From Desulfosarcina ovata subsp. ovata (GTDB taxonomy: Bacteria; Desulfobacterota; Desulfobacteria; Desulfobacterales; Desulfosarcinaceae), in the NCBI RefSeq assembly GCF_009689005.1, contig NZ_AP021879.1, forward strand, positions 5,209,724-5,241,723: a stretch of 32,000 bases of DNA. The letters are read 5' to 3'. The notes under the pieces were generated by a model. It saw nothing but the letters and a program-made list of their open reading frames with translations, did not search any database and was not told where the DNA came from. How positions within the stretch are numbered: position 1 is the first letter of the stretch; every line of letters begins with the position of its first letter. Both the position numbers and the translations under genes were made by a program. This document shows, piece by piece, positions 21,050-29,456 of this stretch.

Positions 21050-22267
21050 CTAACCGGCCTCGACCGTCAGTCGGTCAGGCTCTCCGTTTTCCAGCAGTTC
21101 CGGTAGTTTTTTAAAGTACGCGGTGACGGCAGCGGCCAGCAACCCGAAAAAGCCGATTGCCACGGCCGCTTCCACCCATCCCAGGGGCAGATGCTCGGCA
21201 TGGTGATGGAAGGCCGGGCCGAGCAGCAGGTAGTGCTCCAGCCAGATGCCGCTCATCACCAGGAGGCAGATCACTGTCATGGCCCTGGGACGGGTTTTGA
21301 TGCGGCGATTGATCAGGATAATGAACGGTGCAATGAAACAGCCGATGAAGATCGTCCAGGCCAGGGTGTTCCATGGCGTGGCCATGGTGCGTTCGATGAT
21401 ATAACTGGTCTCTTCGGGAATGTTGCCGTACCAGATGACCACGAACTGGGCGTAGAAGAAATCGGCCCACACCAGGCAGAAGGCGAAGAAGAGCTTGCCG
21501 ATGTCGTGGAACTGGTTTTCCTGGACCTGGTAGCTGTTTCTTTCACTCATGTGCAGGCTCGCGCTGAGGACGATCAGGGCCCCGAAACCGATGTACACGG
21601 CCTTGACAAAGCTGTACGCGCCGAAGAGGGTCGAGTACCAGTGCGGGTCGGCGGCCATGACCAGATCGTAGCCGATCAGGGAGAGGACAATGGCGAAGGC
21701 CAGCAGGTAGAGAATGGCGAAAACGGTGGTGCGTCCGGCCATCCGTTGTTCATCCACTGTTTTCCTGGCCCAGCGGTCCAGCAGCCGCCGGCCCAGGGGG
21801 CCGCGCGCCCCGCGCGCAGTCAAGGTGAAGTAGAGCCGGTGGTAGAGAAAAACCAGCCCTAAGCCGTAGAGCAGGCACAGGCCGATAAAATCGCGGCCGA
21901 AGAGAAACGGCAGGTTGAGCCACACCTCCTTGCCGTGCAGATCCTCGTGCAGCCAGGGGAAAACATACTGGCGGCCCAGGAACAGAATCAGAAACAATGC
22001 CAGGGAAACCGGGAAAAAGGCGGCAAAGGATTCGGCCACATCGGCCAGGGGACCGCTCCAGCGCGCCTTGACCGTGTGCATCAGGGCCGAGAAGAGGACC
22101 GCCCCCTGGGCAATGGCCGAGAAGAAGAGAAAGTTGAGCAGGTAGGCCTGCCAGGCCCGGGCCGTGTCGCCAACAATGGCCACGGCGATGAAGATCAGCG
22201 CCCCGGCGGCTGCGAGGCCATAGAAGATCCTCATGAGCGAAGGGGGGTGGTTGTGGTTGTCTATCAT
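21050..22267 (-). CDS. actF: NrfD-like polytopic membrane subunit (ActF-like)
   Basis: Hydrophobic multi-TM protein, paralogous in character to the ActC-like gene. The start was moved to ATG 22267 (GGGAAGGGAA SD), because the listed upstream 24 codons run into repeat E4. Confidence 0.65.
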   Translation of the reverse strand: MIDNHNHPPSLMRIFYGLAAAGALIFIAVAIVGDTARAWQAYLLNFLFFSAIAQGAVLFSALMHTVKARWSGPLADVAESFAAFFPVSLALFLILFLGRQYVFPWLHEDLHGKEVWLNLPFLFGRDFIGLCLLYGLGLVFLYHRLYFTLTARGARGPLGRRLLDRWARKTVDEQRMAGRTTVFAILYLLAFAIVLSLIGYDLVMAADPHWYSTLFGAYSFVKAVYIGFGALIVLSASLHMSERNSYQVQENQFHDIGKLFFAFCLVWADFFYAQFVVIWYGNIPEETSYIIERTMATPWNTLAWTIFIGCFIAPFIILINRRIKTRPRAMTVICLLVMSGIWLEHYLLLGPAFHHHAEHLPLGWVEAAVAIGFFGLLAAAVTAYFKKLPELLENGEPDRLTVEAG

Positions 22268-22290
22268 GGTTCCCTTCCCGTTGTTCTTGA

Positions 22291-22431
22291 CGGATTCGTA
22301 AAAAACCCGATATCGGCGCCTGCGCGTATCCTTCGTCACTGCGGAGTACGCTCAGTACGCTGCCTACGGCACCCGCGATAGCGGTATTCTCAGGATTCGC
22401 AAGCCTTGATCTTGGGCTTTTTACGAATCCG
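22291..22431. repeat. Inverted-repeat element E4 (non-heptad arms)
   Basis: cggattcgtaaaaaacccgatat (22291-22313) pairs with atcttgggctttttacgaatccg (22409-22431) at about 19 of 23 positions. The right arm includes the last codons and stop of actD. Junction motifs are GGCGCC (22315) and CCTTGA (22404). Internal direct repeat: AGTACGCT x2. Confidence 0.7.
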
Positions 22432-22957
22432 TCTGAACGACGACTTTTGTCTCGGCGCCCTTTTCTTCGAAAAACCGGGTCAAGCGTTCTTTCTCGTCAC
22501 TGGTGCAGCGGGCCAGCACCCCGAAGCGGTCGCCGGAGAAGCGTTCGTCGTAACCGGCGACGGCCTTGAAGCGTGGCAGCCGGGCCTGGGAGATCAATCC
22601 CAGGATATTTCCGAAAACGGCGAAGAGGATCGTGAATTCGAACCCCACGATGAAAAACGGCACCAGGGCCACCACCGGCTTGCCGCTGACGATCAGGGAC
22701 CAGCGTGTGGCCGTGAAGGCGGCCAGAAGAAAGCCGGCAAAAAAACCAATGATGCCGCCGGCCAGGGTGAACCAGCCCACGCGACTTTTGGGCAGCTCCA
22801 GGGCCTGTTCGATGGCATGGCTGGGAATCGGGCTGTGCACCCGTTCGATGGTCCAGGGGGTTTCGTGCAGCCCGTCAATGGCGACGGCCGCCCCGTTCTC
22901 ACTGGCGAAAATGCCCATGATGGAAACCGTGTCAGCCGGCATGGGAATCTCCTTCAT
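22421..22957 (-). CDS. actD: ACIII subunit ActD-like (DUF3341-type membrane protein)
   Basis: A soluble N-terminal part, two TM helices (GWFTLAGGIIGFFAGFLLAAF; VPFFIVGFEFTILFAVFGNILG), then a C-terminal soluble part. It overlaps the actC-like stop by 26 nt. Confidence 0.7.
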   Translation of the reverse strand: MKEIPMPADTVSIMGIFASENGAAVAIDGLHETPWTIERVHSPIPSHAIEQALELPKSRVGWFTLAGGIIGFFAGFLLAAFTATRWSLIVSGKPVVALVPFFIVGFEFTILFAVFGNILGLISQARLPRFKAVAGYDERFSGDRFGVLARCTSDEKERLTRFFEEKGAETKVVVQTDS

Positions 22958-24251
22958 GCAGGGTTTCTTTCATCTCGGTCATGGAGACCGACGGCATGTG
23001 CTTGACGAAAAGCACGAAGAGGAAAAAGAAAAGGCAGAAGCTGCCGATCATGATGCCGAATTCGACCCAGCTGGGAGAGTAGAGCCCCCAGGCGTGGGGC
23101 AGGAAATCGTGGGCCACCGACCCGATGATGATCACGAAACGCTCGTACCACATCCCCACGTTGACCAGGAGCGAGATGATGAAGAGCACGCGGATGTTGG
23201 TGCGGATTTTTTTGAAGAACAGCAGCAGCGGGATGAGCACGTTGCAGCTGACCATGATCCAGTACTCCAGGGAATAATCGCCGAAGGCCCGCCAGCGGAA
23301 GGACTCCATCTCAATCGGGTTGTGGCTGTACCAGGCGATGAAGATCTCGGTGCCGTAGGCGAAGCCGACGATCAGGCCGGTGAAGATGATGGTTTTGGCC
23401 ACGCTCTCCAGTACCCGGTCGGTGATGATGTTTTCGTAGCGGAAGATGACGCGCAGGGGGATCATCAGGGTGACCACCATGGCCAGACCCGAGTGGATCG
23501 CACCGGCCACGAAGTAAGGCGCGAAGATGGTGGTGTGCCAGCCCGGCACCACGCTCAGGGCAAAGTCCCAGGAGACCACGCTGTGCACCGAGATGACCAG
23601 GGGCGTGGCCAGGGCGGCGAAGAAAAGGTAACCGCGGGTGTAGTGGCGCCAGATCTCGAATTCACCGGTCCAGCCCAGGGAGAGGACGGAGAAGATTTTG
23701 CGCCGCACCCCCGTTGCATGGTCGCGGATGATGGCCAGATCCGGCAACATGCCGGTGTACCAGAAGAGGCTGCTCACCGTCAGGTAGGTGGAGATGGCCA
23801 CCACGTCGAACATCAGGGGGGACTGGAAGTTGGGCCACAGGGTGCGCTGGTTGGGCACCGGCAGCATGTAGTAGACCATCCAGACCCGGCCCAGGTGGAT
23901 GAACGGGTAGAGACCGGCGGTGCAGACGGCGAAAACGGTCATGGTTTCGGCGGCCCGGGCGATGGGGTTGCGCCAGCCGGCCCGGAACAGATGCAGGATG
24001 GCCGAGATCAGGGTTCCCGAGTGGGCGATTCCTACCCAGAAGACGAAGTTGATCAGGTAGGTTCCCCAGTGCACGGGATTGTTCTGGCCGCCCACGCCGA
24101 TGCCCACCAGAATCTGAACCATCCAGCAGGCGCCGCCCATGAGCACGCCGGCGAAGAGCAGGGACACGACCACCCAGTAGCTGCGCCGGGGCGGCAGCAG
24201 GGTGTCGAGGACCGTGTCGTCGATGGATTGGTAAGTCAGTGTCTGTTCCAT
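22932..24251 (-). CDS. actC: NrfD/PsrC-family quinol-interacting membrane subunit (ActC-like)
   Basis: Polytopic; WGTYLINFVFWVGIAHSGTLISAILHL and further TM blocks are typical of NrfD-family subunits. It lies directly downstream of actB. Confidence 0.8.
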   Translation of the reverse strand: MEQTLTYQSIDDTVLDTLLPPRRSYWVVVSLLFAGVLMGGACWMVQILVGIGVGGQNNPVHWGTYLINFVFWVGIAHSGTLISAILHLFRAGWRNPIARAAETMTVFAVCTAGLYPFIHLGRVWMVYYMLPVPNQRTLWPNFQSPLMFDVVAISTYLTVSSLFWYTGMLPDLAIIRDHATGVRRKIFSVLSLGWTGEFEIWRHYTRGYLFFAALATPLVISVHSVVSWDFALSVVPGWHTTIFAPYFVAGAIHSGLAMVVTLMIPLRVIFRYENIITDRVLESVAKTIIFTGLIVGFAYGTEIFIAWYSHNPIEMESFRWRAFGDYSLEYWIMVSCNVLIPLLLFFKKIRTNIRVLFIISLLVNVGMWYERFVIIIGSVAHDFLPHAWGLYSPSWVEFGIMIGSFCLFFFLFVLFVKHMPSVSMTEMKETLHEGDSHAG

Positions 24252-24322
24252 ATTTATCTTTCCACTACCGATGGTATTGCCAGAAGTTCTCCTGTCCGTA
24301 CATGCTGTCTTTTAAATAATCG

Positions 24323-24491
24323 AGAATACAGAATACAGAATACAGAATACAGAATACAGAATACAGAAGTCAGAAGTCAGAAGTCAGAAGTCAGAAGGCG
24401 CGGAACCGCCTTTGGCGGGTCTTTTATGTAACCTGAATGCAATATACGGTTGTTTCTTCTGGATTCTGTCTCCTGACTTCTGAATTCTTTT
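24323..24491. repeat. Heptad-armed inverted-repeat element E5
   Basis: Left arm: (AGAATAC)x6 (AGAAGTC)x4 AGAAGGC (24323-24399). Right arm: ttctgga ttctgtc tcctgac ttctgaa ttctttt (24457-24491), imperfectly complementary. The centre carries a CCGCC ttt GGCGG hairpin. Junction motifs are GGCGCGG (24397) and TTCTTC (24454). Confidence 0.85.
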
Positions 24492-24546
24492 TTTATTTTT
24501 TTCGCCCTTGTCGGGCACGGTCGATTGGGCGAAAGATTTTTCGCCC

Positions 24547-27492
24547 CTACACCTCCTGTACCACCTTCTTCAGATAAATCACCGCCGGCTTGGTGTTCAG
24601 GTAACCCATCACCTGATAGGCCCGCGGATCCTTGATCATTCGGCTGACCCGGCTGTCCGGATCCATGAGGCTGCCGAAGGTCAGGGCGCCGGTGGGGCAG
24701 GTCTGGGCGCAGGCCGGCACCACCTCACCGTCACGGATGGCCCGTTTCTCGTTCTTGGCCGCGTTGTGGGCCCGTTTGATGCGCTGGACGCAGAAGGAGC
24801 ATTTCTCCATCACGCCCTTGCTGCGCACGGTTACCCAGGGGTTGAGCTGCATGTTCAGCGGTTCGGGCCATTTCCAGTCGAACCAGTTGAAGCGCCGGAC
24901 CTTGTAGGGGCAGTTCTGGGCGCAGAAGCGCGTGCCGATGCAGCGGTTGTAGATCTGGTTGTTGAGCCCCTCCTTGGAGTGATGGGGCGCGTAGACCGGG
25001 CAGACCGCCTCGCAGGGCGCGTTGTCGCAATGCTGGCACATCATGGGCAGGAAGGTCATGCGTGCCATGTCCGCCGGGTCATGGTAGCGCTGGATCTGCA
25101 GCCAGGCCATCTCGCGGCCTTCGATGATGCGCTGTTCACCGACGATGCCGATGTTGTTCTCCGCGTAGCACGCCGCCACGCAGGCGCTGCAGCCGATGCA
25201 GCGGTCCACATCCACGATCATGGCCCAGCGATAGCCGGCATGATCGTGGGGCGGATAGATATCCCGTTTGGGATCGTATCCCTCCGGCGTGGGCGGGGTC
25301 AGCGGAAAGGTGTCCATGGTCAGGGCGGGCTCGCCGTGCGCGTCCCGGTGGCCGATTTCATCCATGGCCACGGTGGGCGCGATTTTGCGGTGCAGGGCCG
25401 TTCGGCTGCCCGAGGTGATGGCCAGTTGGTCATGCTGCCGGCGCTTTTCCAGGCTGGACAGAACGGTGGCAAAAGCCGGTGCCCCGGCGTCGGGGTCGGT
25501 CGCCGCAGCGAGAAGCGCCAGGGGGTTGACACCCTGGCCGCTGGCCCAACGGCCGAAGCCGGTATGTCCCTGGCCGGTGGGGACCACGATGGCCTGTGGA
25601 AACAGACCGGCATACCCGTAGGCCGGCGCCTCGATCGTACCGGCCTCGGTTTTTAGGGTTACCCGGTCACCGTCCTTGATGCCGCCCGCCGCCATGGTTT
25701 CCGGGTGGATCAGTACTGGGGTTTGCCAGGGAATCTGGGTCAGGGGATCCGGGGTCTCGATCAACCAGGGACGATTGGCCCCGCGACCGTCGAAGAAGCG
25801 GATCGACGGCGGCGCCAGAAGGGTCAGTGTGTTGTACGGGGCCGGCAGATCCGCCAGGCAGCGTTTCAGGGTGGCGGCGGCTTTCAGGTTGGGTTGGGGT
25901 GTGTTTGCCGCGGATGCGGTGTCGGCAAACCGACCGCCCTGCTGAACGGTTTTCAGCCAGGCCGCGGTCGTGGACTTGGCCTCGTCGGCCAGGACCGTTC
26001 GGGTCACCAGGGCCTGGTAATTCTCCGCCGGCCGCTTTTCAGCAGGCAAAAGGTCCAGGAAGAGGTCGCCGATGGCCGGCGCCCGGTTGATGCGCCCCAT
26101 GGCCGGCTGCAGGGTGGCCAGACTGGCCGTGTTGCTCTCATAGGCGTCCCAGGTCTCCAGGGCCATCTGCACGGGGATGATCAGGTCGGCCTGAGCTGTG
26201 GTCTCGTTGAGAAAATTATCAAAGGCGACCACAAACCGTTTTCTCTCACCCAGGATTTTGGCAATGCGTCCGCCGTCGGGAAGGGTGAACACCGGATTGA
26301 TGTTGTTAAGCAAAACCAGTTTCACATCGTTTTTCTGCAGGTTGTCGAAAAAATCATTTACCGCAGCGCGCCGGTCGGCGATCTCCACACGGTGGCGGCT
26401 GGCGAAATCGAACAGCGGGAGGGCGGGGTCCAGCGCCAAATTGAGAAAAAGGGCGGCCAGCTCCGTGGCTACGGCCGCCTTGCCGCTGCTTGCGGCGCCA
26501 GCACCCAGGACCAGCGGCCGCCTGGCCGCGATCAGCTGCCGGGCGATGGCGGTAAGGTCCTTCGGACTGACCCCGGAAATTTTCGCCACCGCCTCGGGCG
26601 TGTGGTCGCCGGTCAGGTCCGCCAGGGCGCTGAGCAGCTTGCCGTCGATCCGCCGTCCGTTGGCGTCGCCCATCACAATCTGGATCAACCCCATGATCAC
26701 GGCGGGTTCACTGCCCGGTCGGCAGGCGATCCAGCGATCGGCATTGGCACCGGTGAGGGACTGGAAGGGACTCACCTGGAGAAAGCGCCCCTTGTCATCT
26801 TTTTTGTAGCCGTGCATGGCCTTGAATTTGCGCGCGTATTCCACCGGCGAGAGCCAGGTTTCCAGAAAATCGGCGCCAAAGCCGACCAGCACATCGGCCT
26901 GGTCGAGGTGCAGTGACGGCAGGATGGGGGCGCCGCAGAGTTCGGTGTGGGCGAACTTGAGGGCTTCATAGGCCAGGGGCTCGAAAACCACCGGGGCGGC
27001 GGCGCCGGCATGCTGCATCACCGTGGCAAACAGATCCAACTGGGTCCGGCCCACGGTTTCGGTGAGCATGGCGACCCGGCCGTCGCCCTTGTCGATCGCC
27101 GCTCGAAACTGTTTAGCGACTAACTCGGCGGCTTTGTAGTAAGGCAGCGATTCCCAGCCGTCCTTGGTTTTCAGTTGGGGCAGGGTCAGCCGGTCAGGAT
27201 GGTAGACCCCCTGCAGGGCCGCCTGGCCGCGGATGCATAGGGTTCCCCGGTTGACCGGGTGCAGGGGATTGCCCTCCAGCTTGATCACCCGTCCTTCGCG
27301 GTTCTTGGCCAGTACGCCGCAGCCGGCCGGGCATTCGCGGCAGGTGGAGGCATACCAGTTGGCCCGTCCGGTGACCATGTCCTCGGTGGCCTGGACCATG
27401 GTGAACAGGTTGTCTTCCGTTTTCGCGGAGCAGCCGGCGGCAAAAGCGACGCTGCCCATGGAGGTAATCTTGAGAAATGTTCGACGATTCAT
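24547..27492 (-). CDS. actB: ACIII subunit ActB-like: Tat-exported molybdopterin-oxidoreductase-like domain fused to a 4Fe-4S ferredoxin domain
   Basis: Twin-arginine signal MNRRTFLKITSMG. N-terminal Cys cluster CRECPAGCGVL...C. C-terminal ferredoxin motifs CIGCSACVAAC, CQHCDNAPCEAVCP, CIGTRFCAQNCP and PACAQTCP. Confidence 0.9.
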   Translation of the reverse strand: MNRRTFLKITSMGSVAFAAGCSAKTEDNLFTMVQATEDMVTGRANWYASTCRECPAGCGVLAKNREGRVIKLEGNPLHPVNRGTLCIRGQAALQGVYHPDRLTLPQLKTKDGWESLPYYKAAELVAKQFRAAIDKGDGRVAMLTETVGRTQLDLFATVMQHAGAAAPVVFEPLAYEALKFAHTELCGAPILPSLHLDQADVLVGFGADFLETWLSPVEYARKFKAMHGYKKDDKGRFLQVSPFQSLTGANADRWIACRPGSEPAVIMGLIQIVMGDANGRRIDGKLLSALADLTGDHTPEAVAKISGVSPKDLTAIARQLIAARRPLVLGAGAASSGKAAVATELAALFLNLALDPALPLFDFASRHRVEIADRRAAVNDFFDNLQKNDVKLVLLNNINPVFTLPDGGRIAKILGERKRFVVAFDNFLNETTAQADLIIPVQMALETWDAYESNTASLATLQPAMGRINRAPAIGDLFLDLLPAEKRPAENYQALVTRTVLADEAKSTTAAWLKTVQQGGRFADTASAANTPQPNLKAAATLKRCLADLPAPYNTLTLLAPPSIRFFDGRGANRPWLIETPDPLTQIPWQTPVLIHPETMAAGGIKDGDRVTLKTEAGTIEAPAYGYAGLFPQAIVVPTGQGHTGFGRWASGQGVNPLALLAAATDPDAGAPAFATVLSSLEKRRQHDQLAITSGSRTALHRKIAPTVAMDEIGHRDAHGEPALTMDTFPLTPPTPEGYDPKRDIYPPHDHAGYRWAMIVDVDRCIGCSACVAACYAENNIGIVGEQRIIEGREMAWLQIQRYHDPADMARMTFLPMMCQHCDNAPCEAVCPVYAPHHSKEGLNNQIYNRCIGTRFCAQNCPYKVRRFNWFDWKWPEPLNMQLNPWVTVRSKGVMEKCSFCVQRIKRAHNAAKNEKRAIRDGEVVPACAQTCPTGALTFGSLMDPDSRVSRMIKDPRAYQVMGYLNTKPAVIYLKKVVQEV

Positions 27493-27744
27493 GCGTGATG
27501 CCCGTTTGTGCCAGGTTGACTATGCTGCTGGCATGGATGGATGCCTGTTTTGTTACCGATGGACTGCTCGGTTGTCGAGAGAAAATCAGGCCGCCGTAAT
27601 GGTTGCGGCGTTGTCATTGGTGATGTCGGGATTTGGATCGATCTGAAGCAAGATTACCGTTAAAATAGCAAAATGCCGGAATAGTTGTCAATCTCCATAA
27701 TTTTGATGCATGGACCATAACTGTGTGAGGACGGGCCCGGGGCG

Positions 27745-28773
27745 TTATGTCCCGTCCATCCACACACCGGTACGCAGGCGCCAGAGAATTGCCGGGCCGG
27801 CAGTGAGCAGGGTGAAACCGACCAGGGCAACAACGATCCGCCATACCGCCTGGCGCATGCGCTGGTCGGCCGGGTCGACCAGCGGGGCGTGGCTGCGGAT
27901 CCGGCCGGCGGTCCAGAGGGCGATGCTTTCGAGCAAGATGATTGCCAGGCAGCCGAAGATGAGAAATCCGGCCCCGTTGTAATCGGGGAGAAACAGGCAC
28001 CAGGGGCACGGATGGGAAAGCACCTGGTAGTAATAGGCTGACCAGGTATGCTTGACGGCCACCGTGGATGTCCCGGTCCAGGCGATGGCAAGCAGTGCTG
28101 CGATGCCGCCGGTGGGGCCGTGGGGATACCTGACCGCCATCATCACTACCAGCGGCAGGATGGCGATGCCGCTCAGGCTGCTCCACAGGGCGATGGAAAT
28201 GGCTCGTGACTGGGTGGCGAGACCCGAATCGTTGTTCAGGATGCGGTCGTAAACCGCCGCGCAACAGCTGACCGGCGGCGCACCGTCGATCTGCATAACG
28301 GCCTGCCAGGTGTGGAAGAGGGCCAGGACGAGAATGGGACAGACCGCGATCAACAGGCGGGCGCCGGTTTCGGCCAGGCAACTTTGCGGGCGGGACTGAT
28401 CCAGCCGGTCGCCGACCGACCATCCCCAAAAAAGCGCCAGGAGAAGGCCCCAGAAAATCAACGCCTGGCTGCCATATATGCCCATGGCCTGCAGGACGCC
28501 GGTCCCGCACATGGCGCCGGGGATGATCCGGTGCCAGACCCGGCTGATGCCGACGAGCCCGATCAGGGCCGCTGCCGCCAGGATCCCCAGGGCCCAGCGG
28601 CCAAGCAGGGATGCCATCTGGGCATGCCGTTCACAGCGTAGTTGCCCGTGATCCGCATGATCCGGACGCCAGTTCAGGGCCACGTCCACGGCGCAGCCGG
28701 TAGCGATAGCGTAAAGTGCCGTGCCGGTCGCCGCAGCGACCCAGAAGGCCCAGGTCAAGGGATGCCAGATCAC
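27745..28773 (-). CDS. Cys-rich polytopic membrane protein, function unknown
   Basis: About 8 hydrophobic segments, with conserved-looking Cys motifs (GAMCGTG, VSCCAAV, HPCPWC). Its start overlaps the ABC ATPase stop by 4 nt. The competing ORF 27614..28510 is Arg/Pro-rich and was rejected. Confidence 0.6.
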   Translation of the reverse strand: MIWHPLTWAFWVAAATGTALYAIATGCAVDVALNWRPDHADHGQLRCERHAQMASLLGRWALGILAAAALIGLVGISRVWHRIIPGAMCGTGVLQAMGIYGSQALIFWGLLLALFWGWSVGDRLDQSRPQSCLAETGARLLIAVCPILVLALFHTWQAVMQIDGAPPVSCCAAVYDRILNNDSGLATQSRAISIALWSSLSGIAILPLVVMMAVRYPHGPTGGIAALLAIAWTGTSTVAVKHTWSAYYYQVLSHPCPWCLFLPDYNGAGFLIFGCLAIILLESIALWTAGRIRSHAPLVDPADQRMRQAVWRIVVALVGFTLLTAGPAILWRLRTGVWMDGT

Positions 28774-29456
28774 GGTGCGGCCAGTTTTCCGGCCGCCAGG
28801 TGAAAACGGTGCCCCACGACCGCCGACTGCCTCAGGCGGGGGTCGTGGGAACAGACCACCACTACGGCACCCCGGCGGGCGGCCCGGTCCAGCTGCATGG
28901 CGATCCGGTGGGTCTGCCGGTCGTCCTGAAAGGCGGTGGGTTCATCGGCCAGGATGAATCGCGGGGCCGCCACCAGGGCCCGCGCAATGGCCACGCGCTG
29001 GCGCTGGCCGCCGGAGAGGGTGCCTGCCGGTGCGTCGGCCAGATCCGCCAGTTGGGCTGCCTCCAGGGCCTGCTGGATGGCGGTTTGCATCCGCGGCCAG
29101 GCGAGGTTGCGCGGAACCAGGGGCAGCAGCAGATTCTCCGCCACGCTGAGATCGGGAATCAGTGCCAGATGTTGAAACACGATGCCTGCTTTCTGCCGCC
29201 AGCGATCCCGATGATGGGCTGGCCAGTGCGACACCGGCTGGCCGTCGGCCCAGACGGTCCCGGCCGTGGGGCTGAGCAGGCCGGCCAGAAGGTGCAGCAG
29301 GGTGCTTTTGCCGGCACCGGTTTCACCGGTGATCAGGTTGATTGTCCCCGGTGCAAAGATCGCCTGAACCGATTGCAGGACAGCCGTTTGCGTGTCCGCC
29401 TTTCCGGGCCAGCGGAAATCCAGCCCGCGGCATGCCAGTCCGGCGCTCAGTTCCAT
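28770..29456 (-). CDS. ABC transporter ATP-binding protein (LolD/FtsE-like)
   Basis: Walker A GETGAGKST, signature LSGGQRQRVAIARAL and Walker B FILADEPT. Confidence 0.9.
   Translation of the reverse strand: MELSAGLACRGLDFRWPGKADTQTAVLQSVQAIFAPGTINLITGETGAGKSTLLHLLAGLLSPTAGTVWADGQPVSHWPAHHRDRWRQKAGIVFQHLALIPDLSVAENLLLPLVPRNLAWPRMQTAIQQALEAAQLADLADAPAGTLSGGQRQRVAIARALVAAPRFILADEPTAFQDDRQTHRIAMQLDRAARRGAVVVVCSHDPRLRQSAVVGHRFHLAAGKLAAP

Noticed and set aside
24323-24399. Possible CRISPR array (tandem repeats)
   Set aside because: The period is 7 nt with no spacers, and no cas genes are present. It is a heptamer microsatellite forming one arm of an inverted repeat.
24400-24430. Plus-strand rho-independent terminator (CCGCC ttt GGCGG followed by TCTTTT)
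   Set aside because: No plus-strand gene ends here. The hairpin sits in the centre of element E5, within a minus-strand operon.
22566-24431. 621-aa plus-strand ORF antisense to actD/actC
   Set aside because: It is a low-complexity Gly/Asp/His/Pro-rich translation with no SD. It is fully antisense to well-supported membrane protein genes and runs into the heptamer repeat.
24508-26916. Plus-strand ORFs of 382 aa and 403 aa antisense to actB
   Set aside because: Gly/Arg/Val-rich and without motifs. The minus frame encodes a Tat signal and Fe-S motifs.
27493-27744. Promoter or FNR/CRP-type box upstream of actB
   Set aside because: Only a weak TTGACA-18-TATTTT match exists on the minus strand (27662-27691). 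No convincing TTGAT-N4-ATCAA box was seen, so this is too weak to list as a feature.
27614-28510. 298-aa minus-strand ORF overlapping the Cys-rich membrane protein gene
   Set aside because: The translation is Arg/Pro-rich. The alternative frame (27745..28773) is hydrophobic, and its start is translationally coupled to the upstream ATPase gene's stop.
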